Of a stretch of 64,000 nt of DNA, positions 1 to 14,844 are shown piece after piece. A program made the position numbers and the translations under genes. Every line of letters starts with the position of its first letter. Within the stretch, counting starts at the first letter, position 1. The DNA lies in assembly GCF_036321535.1 (NCBI RefSeq), contig NC_087436.1, positions 28,274,001 to 28,338,000 on the forward strand, in the 5' to 3' direction. The notes under the pieces were generated by a model, which saw only the letters and a program-made list of their open reading frames with translations, was not told where the DNA came from and searched no databases. The DNA comes from Camelus dromedarius. Taxonomy: Eukaryota.

Positions 1-479
1 TTGATTTCACTTATTTTAAAAATTATTTAATAAATAATATTTTATCAAAATAAGTTGGTACAGATGCATATGCTGTTGCAGATGAAATTAAAGAAAAATG
101 TGAACTAGTGTAACAGAAATATTTTGTAAATATTTATAAATTGAGCTTAAGATAATAAATTGATATAAAATGACATGTGAATATCAATGGAAAAATGGAA
201 ATAGAAATGCCTACTGCTTTTGTAAATGAGAATATCATTAAAAAGATTAGTATAGTTTTGTTGGGAAGCCAGCAAGGAGTGTGGGAAATAGCATGTGATT
301 CTTATAGGATAATGAAAAGGCCTTAATGGACAGAAGAGAGATGCATACTTGAAATTAAATCGTTTTCAAGCAGAAGTGTGTTAAATGACAGAATGAAAAA
401 TCTGAGTTGCATCTGAAAATAAGTCAAAGCTCTGGTAAATATCTTGTTTAAAGAAAGAAAATAATGAGGTGGCAAGATT

Positions 480-506
480 TTATATATATATATGTATATA
501 TATATA
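480..506. repeat. (TA)n microsatellite
   Basis: tatatatatatatgtatatatatata seen directly. Confidence 0.85.
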
Positions 507-620
507 AAATTTCCATACCAAAAATTTACACTCTTTAAGTGTACGATTTATGGTTTTATGTATATTCAAAGTTTTGCAAACATCTCCACTGCTTAGCTTC
601 AGAAAATTATCATCACCATG
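507..620 (-). mobile_element. Old L1 (L1MB/MC-like) 3' end fragment
   Basis: cataccaaaaatttacactctttaagtgtacgatt...gttttgcaaacatctccact resembles the antisense L1M 3' terminus. Confidence 0.6.
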
Positions 621-967
621 AAGGAGATATTTTAGGGAAATTAATCTGACAGAATACTTGGGTGGAAGAAGTTATGGCAGGTATACTGAAAGTGACAGAA
701 AGTTCATTCACATGAGCCTTGGTGTAAATGCCCGTGAACAGCCAGGAGAGGTTGCGCATTTATGGAAAGAGCAGGAATTCAACTGGGTTTCCATAGTATT
801 GACCTCTAGGGCTTATATAGCACCAAGACTTTTTTTCAGTTCCTCACCCCTACTTCTCTGTTGATTTGGTCAAATCTCTCCTATCTCATTGCTTTGCTGT
901 GGCTTCCCTCGCTTGGCAAGACTAGGGCTGGCAGACAGGACACACATTGAATACCTTAAAATCTAGT

Positions 968-1036
968 AGAAAGAGAGAGAATTAGAGAGAGAGGGAGGGA
1001 GAGAGAGAGGAAGAGAGAGAGAGAGACCGAGAGACA
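968..1036. repeat. GA-rich simple repeat
   Basis: Imperfect (GA)n/(GGGA)n run. Confidence 0.85.
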
Positions 1037-4000
1037 TATGTTTTTCTTTGTTGCATTAAAAGGAACCCAGTGGGAAGATACACCTTGGGGAATGTGCTAG
1101 CAATGGTAGGATGTGTCCACTGTAGATGAGAGGGGAGTGGACAGGGAGTAACATCTTGTAAGGAAATGGCAGAACTCACAAAACTCAAGATGAAGGGAGG
1201 GAGGGAGAAGCTTTGAGGTCAAACAATAGGTAATGGATAACTCAGTGAATTAATAAGCTGCATTCATGTCATGAACTAATGAGACATCATGAAATGTGTA
1301 CATGGATGCATAAAATACAAGAGTTATTGTTAGCTGTTGTAACTTTTTGTTGTTACGTTTTTAAAATTTACATGTGGGAGAAATGTGTTAGCAAGTAAAT
1401 TTCTACAGTATTAAAAGAAGTATTGATCACTGAGTTATTTTAACTAATTCCTAGAATTATGGAAAAAAGTGCTGATGGTTTGGAAAGCATGAAGTTGGGA
1501 TTTGAGTACCAAAAGAATTATACTGGGTTTAGGATATAATTGTGAGTGATCACTAACTATAAAAATGGTAGAGGAAACAGAAACAAAATTACAGTCATAA
1601 AATTGTATAATAATAAGTATATTCAATTCAATAGTGTTGAATAGATGTCTCAAATAATGTCAGAATGAACAAGTTAAATAATGAGTTGCTGTATTGAGGG
1701 CTCTTAGCTAGACATTTAAAAATAACTATGAGCAATTAGTAACATCTAATTTGGTAGTCATAGAAAAGTTAAGAAATTGACTAAAATATTCCCACGAATA
1801 CTTTGAAAATATATTATCCCAGAATGCATTTTTTAAACTTAGCTTTACTTTTAATATATAAAACATGATCACAGTACAAATCTTATTTTTTAAATCTATT
1901 TTATAATCTATAGAGGCTGCAGAGAGAATGAGATATGTATTGTTAGCACAAAAATAGCGGGCTTCCAGCTATGTTTGACATTAATTGCAACTGCTACCTA
2001 ATTCTGTAACAGAAATAAGAAAATGAGAAGACCTATTTTGGTAGTGTATTTTCTGAACATTTTGTCTTATACAAAGTAACAACTCAGGAAATATTCCTAA
2101 ATTGAGCTTAATAGGATGAATTGATACAAAACTACAAATGAATGTCAATGCACTGAAGGAGACAAAAAATATGACTGCTTTTTACAAATTATTCTACAAA
2201 ACATATTTTATCTCTGAATGAAATTTCAAAGCCAAAAGTAACATGTGGCAATTAACATATATACTAAATTCCACTTAGGGTTCAACAGTTTCACATCATT
2301 ACCATTTGATTCATTTAATAAATAAAAATGAAAAGAGAAATGCCTGCTGTTTTGATCATTCTCTGCAAAATACTTAGCTTATTTTCTCAAGTCCTCAATT
2401 TACTTTGAGCATTTGTTAAAAATAATTTCTATGTTCAATTGCTTTGGAAAACATGCTATTATAATTTAGTCTTGTTAAATTTGTATTTACAAGTATTGCT
2501 ATTTATGTCAAGTTTGCTTGTTTCCTTGGCACTTCTTCATTTAAATAAAAAAACACGCAGCTTCTTTTATCCACTTATTTAAATTTTTATCTATGTAGTG
2601 CCAAAACATAAAAATTTAACACTTTTGAATTGATGTAGGCTGCTTCCAAGTGAAAAATATGCACATAAAGGGCAAAGCAATTTATTCTTTGTTGAGAAAT
2701 TTTAAGTGGAAGAGAGATGGGAAATACTACTGTTTTGTTCAGATCTGAATAAGCAATCTGACCACATAACAACAAGCATCCATCACTGCTCTACACAGCA
2801 GTCTAGTCCAGCTCTTGTTTAAGACACACGCTTTGGAAATCTTTAAAATAGGGATATCTTGGTGAAGAGATACTCAAGAAATGACCCTGTTTTTACAAGC
2901 CGTCCTTGCTTTAGGAACATATCAAAATTGTGCAAATTTGACTTTTTCTACTGCTGATTTTATTTCCAGCTGAAACATTGCTAAAGGGTATAAAAAATAT
3001 ACCAGGAAGCAAGCTACCTGCTCTACAATATTAGGATAGTCTTTTTAGAAGACAAATTTGACCTGCAAGTGTCTGTGAGGTGTTAGGATACGGAGTGGAG
3101 AAATATCTTCCCCACTAGTTAAAATATGGTACAATGGAATCTTGAAGTATGTATATAAAATGGCATCATTTTCTCAAATCACAAGAACACAATAATTAAA
3201 TGCCATGAATTAGGAATGATGATGACAGTCATCATCACATAAATTGATTAAGCTAGATCATCCCCAGGTTCATTTGTTTCAATTTTTCACACTTTTGATG
3301 TGATTACTTTCAGCCATTACTAGGCAATCCCATGATCAATTCAGGATTATGCAATTATATATACTGTACTCTCAAAATTATTTCAGAGTTAATAATAAAC
3401 CAGAATTACATGTTCTGTATGCACCAAAATTCCTTCAGAAGTCCCGACTGAAAAAAGACTTTAATCAGCTTAGTTGACTTCAATGTTTTTTAAAAAGGCA
3501 AAAGGCTGAGAGAGACTTATGAAACTGTTATGTATCCATATCAAAATGTTTCAGAAATGCACTGCTCTTACATATAAAAAAGGCACTTTGGTTGCACTTT
3601 GGAATCAAGGCGTTAAAATGTACAGCTTGTATGACTTTAGTTTAATGGGCTGTCAACTGTCCAGGCAGCTGCAGTACAAAGCTAGGCAAGTCTTTAATCT
3701 TCAAAGAAAAGAAAAGTAAAGAGAATAAATTCAGCTATTAGCTTGAAGGTAAAAACAAATGAAAAGAGAAGGTGAAAGCAAACAGTATTACGGTTACTTA
3801 GTTTTCTTATTAGAAATGTGAAATTGTATTATCAGTGTATGGTAAGTTGTATGTGTGCATACACATATGTATGTGTAATACCAGTTTCTAAGAATTAATT
3901 CCATAAGAGTAAGTTATTGTTAACAACAGAACTGATTTATAATTCTGAAATTTTGACCAACATATCTATTTTGAGCCTCTCTGAATTAAGTCGAATTTTG

Positions 4001-5369
4001 ATTGTTTGATTTTTACCCGTGAAGAGAAATAATTGTTCACTTTATAACTGGGAGAGCTCTTGCATAGTTTTGATATAAACGTAAACTATTAATAATTATA
4101 TCAAACATTAATTCTAAACTCATTGTGAAAGAGATTCCTAGTTTCTTACCTTTTAAAGATCTTTAAAAAGATCTTTAGGTCTTTACTACACTGTCACTTC
4201 ATAGATTACCCTGCTTTTTAAAATTTACTTATTTCTAGCTGATTCTTTCTTTAGATTCTAAATATAAGCTCCCGATTGCTTTAGTAGTTCATGCATTAAA
4301 AAATTTGGGGGGAACGTATATATTCTAAGATAAGCTAGTTTTCTTCTAAATATTGCCTATTCTGTTGGTAATATTTTCCCAATTTCATCTCCAAATTTAG
4401 TATTTCTACATTTTGTCATAATGTATGAGTACTATCATTTGTATTTTAAATTTCACAGGGCTAACTCGTCCCCCATACAAATTTTTTATTTCTAGACACA
4501 ATTTATTCCAACATGGATGGATAGATGAATGAATGGGTGAAGAGAGAGAGAGAAACAGACTGATTTTTGACCAAAGTAAAATTTAGTTCTCTTAGTTTTG
4601 TCCCCAGAAGACTCAAATGTGCACATACACATTTTTTCTTCACATTCATCAAGTACAGTTAAATCATATATTTTTACCTTGATCGCCATTATGGATACAT
4701 AAGTACTTCCATTTATAAACTTTTTTTATGCTGTATACATAAAATGTGTACAATTTGCTATAGGCTTGTTATATATCAATGACAGAGAAATTAATTTACA
4801 AATGAATAAATTAAATGGCTTGTTTTTAGTGAATCTAAATTTATCCCCTAGTAATCATGTTTTACTTTCTAAGTTTAAAGCAAACCTTATATTAATTAAT
4901 TTTATAACATTTAGTAGTAGTCTTCGTGTCCAAATTTAATTTCTTCAATCTCCAGGATAAAAAATGTGCAGAGTTTTACTTCTCCTTTTAATGACATAGA
5001 GGTTATTCTATTTTAGCTCAAATAAATATTACTTCTTTATTAACTTTTTTTCTCCAATACTCTCCATTCTTATAAAGTTCAAACAACTTAACGTGGCATT
5101 CAACATCATGCCTTTCTGAAACTGCAAGCCATTCTTCTTTGTTTGTGTTCCACTGGAGACATAAAGAGATAAATAGACAGTCATAGAACATTACAGAATG
5201 TGGAAAAGTGTCAAATCTACAAATATTGCCACATCCAGCCCAATAGGTGAGCACCTCCTACTTATTTTTCTAAGCAATTATTTCACAATGACAAAAGCAA
5301 TAAAAAACATATACTATAAGCATGTAAATAAGAAAATAATATATAACAATACTTAAAATAATTTCATTT

Positions 5370-5660
5370 GCCATGTAAGTACCCTCCCTAGAGTAATCAT
5401 TATTAGCAGTTTGGCATATGTGTTGTGTACATTTTAGACTGTTTACTATGCATTTGTAAGATTTAGGAATACACACATGTATCTTATTTTGCAACTTAAT
5501 CTTTTTCAGCAACAAAAAAAGCTGTTGATACATTTCTAGATCAGTGCTACCCATTGATCTTGTTCTGTTTAATGGCTCCATAGCAACTCTTACTATGACC
5601 AAAGAATTCTTTATTTAATAATTTCTCTATCTATGACTGTTTATTGTTTTTATCATCAAA
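5370..5660 (-). mobile_element. Degenerate L1M (L1ME-like) 3' fragment
   Basis: ctagagtaatcattattagcagtttgg...tttaatggctccatagc pattern typical of old antisense L1 3' UTR. Confidence 0.45.
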
Positions 5661-6359
5661 TGCTCTTAGGATTTTTTTCTTCAGTACTAACTAAAGTCCT
5701 GTGGTCAAATTCTTAACCATTTCCCAAATACTTGCGCAGGTCTCCCTAATTCTCATTTGTGGTTGTAATGTCTCTTTCAAATTTCTGTATTAGAATACCT
5801 CTCATATCAGTTCAATTACATCAGTTTCTGTACAATATTGGTGATGAGTTTTCTGTCAGCAATTGAGTTTCTAAAACACTATGAACTCCTATGAAATGTA
5901 TGTTGAGTTCAAGAGTAAATTTTTCATTACTAAATTACCTTTGTTCAATTGTCAGATGAAATATTTTATTCATTTCCTCCTAGTTAAGACTGTCAAAATT
6001 AACTATTACTTTATTATTTTTACATTTCCCTTCATGCATAGCCTGGTAATTTTTCTCCTCTGTTTTCCTGTGATTCATGTATTCGTTCAGAACCAGTCAG
6101 GTCAGATACCAGTTAAAGCAGGCTGAGTCAGATTGGCAAGCTCTCTGCCCTCTAAATCTTAAGTGGAAAAGATAAGAGACAACTATATATGTACAACTTT
6201 TCATGTTTTATTAAGGAAAACTGGACCATTATAGTAATATATAGTGAGGAAACCTAACTTAATTTATCAAATATGTAGCATTTTATGAAGAGACTTGTAT
6301 GTTGAAATTGTTGGTCTTTTTATAGCATTGCGATCAATGTAACATTTTTATAGTGGGGT

Positions 6360-6780
6360 AACATGCTCAGATTGTCACTTTGAAAGATTGCTCTAGCTCT
6401 AATATATATAATAAAAAATATAAAAGTAAATGCGGAGATGTAGGAGATGTTGCATCAGTGCAGGAAAAAAATGGTATGGCAGCTGGGTTACAAACGGTGA
6501 GGATGGAAATGGAGAGAAGTTCATACATATAGGGGTAAAACTGGCAAGAATTGATGTGGGATTAAATATGAAGCTGGAAAGAAAGAGACTTGGCAAGGAC
6601 TGGCTCCACCTTTTGCATTTTGGCTTCAACATCTAAACAGATGAGAGAGCAAACACTGATTTGATGGAAAAAGTAATGAGCCCAGATATGTAGATGAGTT
6701 TGGGTTCCTTTTAGACATCCAAGTTTGTAGACGCTTAATAAGCAGTTGGATATGTTGATCTGGAATTTAGTAGATTGTCA
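6360..6780 (-). mobile_element. L2 LINE fragment
   Basis: cagattgtcactttgaaagattgctctagct and ttagacatccaagt...agcagttggatatg...ctggaatttag resemble antisense L2. Confidence 0.6.
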
Positions 6781-8566
6781 TATATATGAAAGAAATTTGA
6801 ATACTAGAAAACTCCAGCTTCAGTAACAAAAAATCAAAGAAATGAATAATAATTAATATAGCATAATTAGGTATATGATTTAAATGAGTTAAATCATTTT
6901 AAAATTATGGTTATTTCTAAAACTCACCACGGATAAGAAATTATTGACTAAATCTACACAGAACATGCAGAGAAAGTTAAAATACTATTTTAACATGTCT
7001 GAATTTTTGAAAAAGACCATACAAATTTAAAGCTTTGAAGTTGATTGTTATCTGATCCGTTTTCAAAATAAGCTTTAGCCCATCTTGCATAGTGCCTCTT
7101 CATTACATTGCATTCCATGAATAAAAGGGGTTTGTGAATACAAAATGGTTTTAATTAACAGTACATTGGTGGAAAAGAAGAAAAGTGAGAGGATTATATG
7201 ACAGAAATTGATTTAGAAATTTGTGGGTGATTTCATTTCCATGTTAACTTTTACTTAAGAACTAAATCCAGATAAGGCCAGTCTTTATTTACTCTACTCC
7301 ATACAGAGTAATGTTCCAGAGATACATTTCTCAAAACAGAGTTTTGATGCTTACTCTGAATCAGCAGGAAGACATTTTAAAGACATTTTACTCAGAAGTC
7401 TAAAATATGCTTTCATTTCTGTTATTTCTGTTTTCCCACACTATCATCCCCCTGCAGGAAGCATTATAACCCTCTGACTTGTTGCAGTTGATAACAATGC
7501 AAAAATATATGTGATAAAAAGTGCCGTATAGATCCCTGAAAAGTCAAAAAATAGATACCAGCCTTTTACATTGTACAATTTTCCACACACATACAGATTC
7601 CATTCAAATAGTTGATCAAGTTACAATAATTTGTTCAAATTTAACCTCAATACTCCAAATGATGTCTGCCTAATATTTAATACCAGAAGGAAGTAATTTG
7701 TCCATTTAAGGTTTTATTCACTTAGATTTCTTCAAGTGCATTTTAATGTAAATTGCATTTCACTTGCAGTAATAATATTCCTCTCTTAATAGGTGATTCC
7801 ATTTTAAATTTTAAATAGGAAAAAATACAATTGACCTATATTCAAAGTGTGTATTCAAAGTAATAGGATTTGTATGTAAAAATTTTAGTCTCCTTTTGAT
7901 AAAAAAGCTTTATGCTTTTTCTTAAAAAATTACGTATATATACATGAAGTCTCTGAGAGAAGAGACCTCAGTAAACATCCTTAATTCTCTGATGTACAAG
8001 TTGTACATTTGATCAAAGTTTCAGTTACTTGAATTTAAAAATACACACAATGAGATTCATAACGGAAAATCTAGAGCTGAATATGTTAAGAGTAATAGGC
8101 AATAATAATAAAAGTGAGAATGCGTACTTGGAATAAAAGGGATAAAGAGTCAATCATTTTTGTTTTAAGTCTCTCTGGCTGTCTAAAGTTGACAGAAAAT
8201 TCACTTTTCTTGAAGAGGACTGTGAACATGAAGGGTTGGAATTATGGGAAAACAAAAAGCAAGAAAAGCAAGAGCAGGCACTGAGCAAAGCATTACTGAT
8301 TTGTATTCCACTTAGAATGTTCAAAGCTCATTCTACTTAGAATTATACCCTGCTGTCTTTTCAGTCTCCTTCTCTATGTTACTAAGTTCTTCTAAATATC
8401 TGTCCAACTCCTCTTTTAATGCCTACAAAACACACTCTCAATAGATTTTTTTGTTACGTTTATGACAGAAAATACAGAAGCAGATGATTTGAATCACTCA
8501 AGAAGAAAAGAATTTCTAACACTCCACAGTATTACTGAAAATAGCTAGAATCTAGATCATAATATA

Positions 8567-8690
8567 TTCATTTGTTCATTATTTCATCTAACATTAGAGC
8601 TCATTACATGCCAGGCTCCATTCTAGACACCTGGGATATATCGAGGAGCCGAACAACAGCATGCACATGTTGGGCTTAAATTGTAGTATG
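8567..8690 (-). mobile_element. L2 3' end fragment
   Basis: ttcatttgttcattatttcatctaacattagagctcattacatgccaggc resembles the antisense L2 tail. Confidence 0.55.
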
Positions 8691-9702
8691 ATGTAGAAAA
8701 CAATATTCTGATATTTCCTGGATCTATTAAAGAGGCAAATATCATAATAATCCCTACAGTGACTAATGCAGGTTGCCTTCAGTAGTTAAGCTTCAGTAGG
8801 AGCATTTTCTCTATTCAGGTACCATTCTGAGTTCTTCAATGTCAGGCTACTGCTGTCACAAATAAAGAAAAAATATGCATGTTTGAAGACATAACTAGTG
8901 AATCTGTATATATTGCTTCAAAATCTATGCAGGAGGACCAGATAACAACGAGTAATGATCATTTAAAATAGCATTTACAACCATTTTATAAATTTCTTCA
9001 TTTGATACTTTTTTTTTTATGCTGTCATCCCTTTTCACAGTCTAACACAGAGTGTTTTTTGTACAAGACCACTAAGGACAGATTGCTTGGTGCAGGAGGT
9101 GGGAGGAAGAAATATTTGGTTGTATATATTCTTAGGTTGTTCCTAAAACTTGTGGAAAGCAATGGGAGAGAGGAAATCATGAGGACAAAAGTCCTTTAAC
9201 AACAACAAAAAAACTATTTATTTACAGTATCAATAAAATACAGCATGATCCTCTGTGCTTTTGTTATGTTATAAAGAAAAATGTTTAAGAAGAGGTAAAT
9301 TTATTTGAACTGCTGAGTTTTTCTGACAATTTTTATTTCTTTTACCTTGCAAGTGTAAACAAGATAAAAGAAATATTATGCTTGTATTACTGTAGCATTG
9401 GTAAGGATGGATCTTATGAACATTATTGCCACTGAAGTCTTTGCTGTTGGTCAGTGGAAGAAAATTGATCAAGTTTAACTTTTCAGATTATGCAAACCAA
9501 AGAGTGAGAGTTACTTTCCCCTCCCATCATCCTTCTGCTTAATTATAAAAGCACTAAATTAACCTTATTCATCTGGTGATGATTGGCAAATAAACTCACA
9601 TAGTAAGCAGTTTACTGAATGCCTATCAAGTGGTTATATCATTTGGTAGTGATCAAGACAGAAATTCACAAGACAGTAGATAGTTATTTGAGTAAGATAT
9701 TA

Positions 9703-10153
9703 TAGTAGATGATGTTGGTGCCCTACTCAGATCTCCTGTACCAGGCTGGAGCACCCGTCCTCCAGCTATTGTAAGTGCTGGCTGCTAATACTCATTGCTG
9801 TCCCCTTTCCTAGATAATTGATTCCGCCTGAAGAAGCCACCTTTGTTGGGAGGTTACATACTCACCCACTACAATGGGGGCAGTTTCTATCCAATGAATG
9901 GATGGTATAAGGGTATTTTTGCTTCAGAAGGGCAAAACTCTACAGGAAGATTTATTTTAGAGGTCCCTTCCTACTCTGTGGATCTAGCAAAGGCTAGACT
10001 TGACTAGAGTTGATATATTTGGTTACCCCTCACCTTTACCTTTACCCAGTGCAGATTTTATTTATTTTTTCCATGAAACACACTCCCTTGTTATGTCACT
10101 GGTACTCAAGTCTCCTTCTCAGTCTCTGCTTCCAGGGAAACTGAACTAAGGCA
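9703..10153 (+). mobile_element. Old ERVL-type solo LTR (LTR16-like)
   Basis: tgttggtgccctactcagatctcctgtaccaggc...ctcagtctctgcttccagggaaactgaactaaggca resembles LTR16-family ends. Confidence 0.6.
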
Positions 10154-10327
10154 GATATTATAAGCTTTTGAAGTTATGCAAACTTTGTACCTTCAGATAA
10201 ATTACACAATCTGTGGGCACAGAACACTTTCTTAGGCTTCTCTTATATTCATTCTTGGTGTGATGGAATGAAGACTTTCCAGGAATCACCGCATATCTGA
10301 CTTACTCATTGAGCGCATATTCTATAA

Positions 10328-10540
10328 TGGGGTCAGCAGATTTCTTCTGTGAAGAATCTGGTTGTAAACATTTTTAACCTTATGGGTCATAATGTCTTAG
10401 TCACAGCCACTCAAGTCTACCATTATAGTGTGAAAAGAGCCATAAGTAATACATAAGCAAATGGATGTGGCTTTGTTCAAATAAAATTCTGTTGACAAAA
10501 CAGAAGACAACCAGATTTGACCACAGCTTGCTGACCTGTG
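10328..10540. mobile_element. MER58A-like hAT-Charlie non-autonomous DNA transposon
   Basis: Terminal inverted repeats ggggtcagca / tgctgacc; 8-bp TSD ttctataa (10320-10327) versus ttctatgg (10541-10548); MER58-like internal gtggctttgttcaaataaaattc. Confidence 0.8.
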
Positions 10541-12084
10541 TTCTATGGTATCAACCCAATTTACTCAGTCTGAATCACCATGGGTTATACCCTGGTACAT
10601 TTTATGAAGCACCAAAAGTCATTCTGGTAAAATCCACGTATTTGCCATTATGTTTGTTTCCTTTCATTCACTTTATATTTTGAGGACATTCTTCCCTTTT
10701 ATATTCTTAAGCTGTAGTTCTACTGCTATGTTGGTCGTTAATGCTCTTGCTACTGTTTTTCTTTAATGATTCTAGTATGGGTTTTTTTGTGCTTTATCAT
10801 TGCTCTCAGCTCTTTGCTCAAGTTTTCATTCTTCTCAGCTCTTGGTTGATTTTGCTTTGAGAAAAAGACTAAATCCCTCAGGAAATATGATGGTTTAAGT
10901 TGATTAAGAACTATCTGGAAGATTATTCTCCCAGGAAAAAGAACAAGCTCTGTCATGTTTTGTTTATGGTGTATAATACTCCACCTGACTGCCTGATTTT
11001 TATGGAGCAAAATTATTAACTCTTTAAGGCTGTTTCTAGTTTTATAATACAGTGACATATAACCTCTGATTGTCTTATATTAATATAATATTTTAGTACA
11101 GAGTAGCTATCAATAAATGTTGTATGAACAAATTCATCATTAAATTGTTCAACTTATATAGTCTCCTATCTGGGGCTGTTGATTTAGGAAGACTGTTTTC
11201 TGGATTATTCTTTCTATTGATAGGATGTTAATATTTAAAAATAAATGAGAATTTTTTTTTTGCTTTTCATTTATATTCAGAAGTCAGTTATCAATATCTT
11301 TATCTAAAAATATGCCATATAAATTGTGCTTTAATCTGGTTTCCAAGAGCTCTTAATTGTGTGAACAATTATTTCTGTTATTGCTACTATTCTATTATTA
11401 GGCTTGTTCTTGGCAGGTTAATTTGTAAATAAATATTTTCTAGAGTTTTCATTATTTTTATCTTCACAAATATCATTGGCCTTTTATTGGTAATGATGGT
11501 GCACTATGCATTTTCATATTATTTGTTGCTAAACATATGCTATTATACTGATTGGTTGTTGAAATTCTGACATTATGAGAGAGCTGAGTTAATCTTTTTC
11601 TCCTCCTCCTCATTTTCCTTCTTCCTTTTATAAGATTAAAGTTGTGGAATATATCTGAGATAATGATACAAAACTAAGGGAAATAGTTTAGTGAAAAACA
11701 AAAATTCTAATTCAACTTCAAAAGTACATCTGTAATTGTCACTCAAAAACATTTAGAACAATTGCACCATTTGACATACTTAATATTTTCTTTCCAACAA
11801 ATCGTTTTTAAGTTTCTTGATGGATATTAAATTATTAAATAACATTGTTTTATATGTCCTTCTAATAGCTTAACAATTTTTTCCTAAATTCAGAACAAAC
11901 TAAACACACCATTATATTAATGTTTTCTTATCAATTCATATATTTTAAATATATGGAATATGACTAAGCTAATACAAGAATCACAGAAATCTGAGGTAAA
12001 ATGATATAAAACCTTGCAAGTCACAATCTGATAAATGTATGCTTTTATGACACAGTATTTCATATCGTGAGCTATTTTTATGTT

Positions 12085-12540
12085 GTTCACTCACTAATTT
12101 ATTTCCATAACTAAGTACATATTGACAACTATTTAGATGTTACTTGTTTCAGATGCCAACATTTTGAAAAGGAGGTAGGAAATACAAAGATAAATAAAAC
12201 ATAAGTTCTCAAGAAGAATTTAACATCAGAAGGAGAAAGAAAGATGAAAAAGAACAACTCCAAACCAAGGCAAAAATGAGTGACTGAAGCTATTTACAAA
12301 TAAAAGGCGATAAGGATTAAGATACTGAGGCGAACAGGCCAAGTTGAGAAATCAAGAAACTTTCTAAAGAAAGCAATGTTTAAACTTCGTCTAGAAAATG
12401 AGTAAGATTTCTCTAAGTAGTAATATTCGGGAGGTCATACCAAGTAAAAGGGTAACCCTAAATTAAAACACAGAGGCAATTCTGCCTGAAAACTACTAAG
12501 AAATCAGTTAATATAGTTTGGTATAAAATATCTATGGACA
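12085..12540 (-). mobile_element. L2 fragment
   Basis: ttcactcact...acatattgacaactat...aatacaaagataaataaaacat followed by a purine-rich L2-like body. Confidence 0.5.
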
Positions 12541-12554
12541 AGGACAGCATTTTC

Positions 12555-13280
12555 AGAATGGTGGCATGATGGTGGAATTCCACAGACCCTCTCCACAAAG
12601 GAACAACCCTAATTGGTGAAAATATGGAAAAGAATACTTAGTGTCTCTTGAAATTATTCTAAAGGCATACAGCAAATGGAGAAACATTTGTTTAAGAAAA
12701 GCTACAAAGTCTCGGTGGTAACAGTGAAAGTCTGTGTCATTTGAACCCTGCCATGCCCTGATCTCCCCAGCACAGCCTGACAGAAGCTCTGTTCCAGGCA
12801 ATGCAGCCAAGAAGAGTGGCTGCCTCTCCCCTTAGCTCCGAGTCTACAGCTATGGTTTCTCCCTGGGAGGGGAAGGCCACCACCATTCATCATCCTACCT
12901 CTCCTTCCTCCTCGCGTTACAAAGCTCAATTCCAGACAAGAGCAGCAGGGACATCCAGGGTTCTGTTCTTCCACCCATCCCTCACTTGAGGGATGGAAGC
13001 TCTAACCATGGGGTGGTGGGCCGAGAGTGCTGGGCCCTGTGCACTCTCACCTCAGCTCATTGATAGGGAGGAGGTTTCACTCTGGGACATGCAAGTTGAG
13101 AAGAGCAGAGGCTACTTTCCCTTTCCAACAATAAAAAAGCAGATAACTCAGTTAAAAAAAAATAAGCAAAGTATCTGAGTAGACATTTCTCCAAACATGA
13201 TTTATTAATGGCCAACAAACACAAGAAAAGATGCTCAATATCATTAGCAATTAGATTACTAGAAATGTACAAACTATAAG
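12555..13280 (+). mobile_element. Old L1 5' region joined to an ORF2 3' fragment (internally deleted L1M)
   Basis: 12555-13120 resembles an L1M 5' end; 13125-13280 (aacaataaaaaagcagataactcagtt...agacatttctccaaa...aaagatgctcaatatcattagc) is homologous to the ORF2 segment of the full-length L1 near 17230-17380. Confidence 0.6.
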
Positions 13281-14844
13281 CTTCCTATGTGAATCCTAGG
13301 TACTATAAAGGTTGAAAATTACAAGAGATTAGAACATAAAAAGGTCATAAGTATCATCTGAAACTTTCCAGACTGAATAAATATCTGCCTGACTTTTAAG
13401 AGTTTATGGTAAATAGGAAAAGATTCATAACAAAATATTTCTATCATTTATCTATCTCCCTTAGAGCATGATAAGTAATATGGGGACGCAGATTGAAGAC
13501 AAATTTTGCGTGAGGGAAATCTTTATGCTTATTGAGATCTTAAAATGACTAAGCGACAGGCAGGTATAGAGAGTGGGTCCTGGTACATTTAAAGCCCAGG
13601 CAGCAGGCTTAGAAAATTGTGAAAAAATACGCTTTGTAGAAATCCCAAATGAATACTGGTGAAACTTAGAATTCATATGAGTAGTGACAAAATTGATACT
13701 GGTTAAATAGAAGATAGATAGACAGCCAGATCACGAATGTCCAGTAATGTCCATAATGCCTTGTTACTTTTTTGGCATTTGCTTAATACAAGTAATTACT
13801 CGGTTGCTGTGTATCTACTTGCCCTGTCTTATATATACTTTGTCTGCTTGTGTCCCCTGTGCAGCTGGCAGTGTCTCATGCATGGTGAGCACTTAGTCAA
13901 CGTTTGTTGAATTAATGATACAATGTCTCTAGATATGTTTTCCCTATAGATAGGAATCACAACATTTATATTTTGTGGCCGGTCCCAAAATAGAAATGCT
14001 AAAGGTTGACTCTTGCTTTGTACCATCTCTCAATGCTTTTCTGACAGTATTTTTATCTCCGTGACTACACAACTGTGCGATGTGATTCATGCGCTAAAGA
14101 CGACGAGTCAAATTACCCCCAAACCATGCCACATATGATCACATGGTGATATATAATATGAATACTATGTAATGTATATTCTTTAATTCAGTGAGTAAGT
14201 GAATGCAAGCATTGGACAGATATTTATTTTACTTATGTCTAAGTCAGAATTATAAATATCACAGCAGCATTTTCCTATGGGCTTTAAAAACAAGTCTGTT
14301 TTCCAAATTTTTTTCAATAGTACAGAAGATTATGTGGGATCACACTTTATTAGTCTATAAAATCATGTTTTTTAAGTCCCGGATTGTACCAGGCAAGAAT
14401 GAAATTTAAATGTGCTATCTAGCCAGATGCAGCTGTTCTTTGGCCCATGCTCCAGACACAATGGATTTGAATCAATAACTTTTGCTGAAGATAAAACTAG
14501 ACGGGTTGGTTATACAATGTTGAGGGCCCTAGAGGGAAACTCTTAGCAAAGCAGCAGTTATTTCACCTGAATGGCCTGGGAAGCCTGAGAAGCCTCTTTA
14601 AGCAGCTGTGAAGGCTAATTTGAGCAATTGATCTCTTTCTCTCTCTCTCTCTGTGTTTCTATGACACCTATTAACGTAGTTTGTATGTGTTTCCATGACA
14701 TTTATTAACATGGTGTGGGGATGCACAGGCAAAATCCTTTTAGAAGAGAGAGGTAAATCTCTCTTTCCCTATCCATTAGTAGTGTATTAATTTTCAGTTA
14801 GATTAATTTCAGTCTAATTTCAGCAATTAGAAAGTGTTGATCAA

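Noticed and set aside
658..14409. Numerous 60-110 aa ORFs in the track
   Set aside because: Composition and length expected from AT-rich non-coding DNA and repeats; no recognisable domains.
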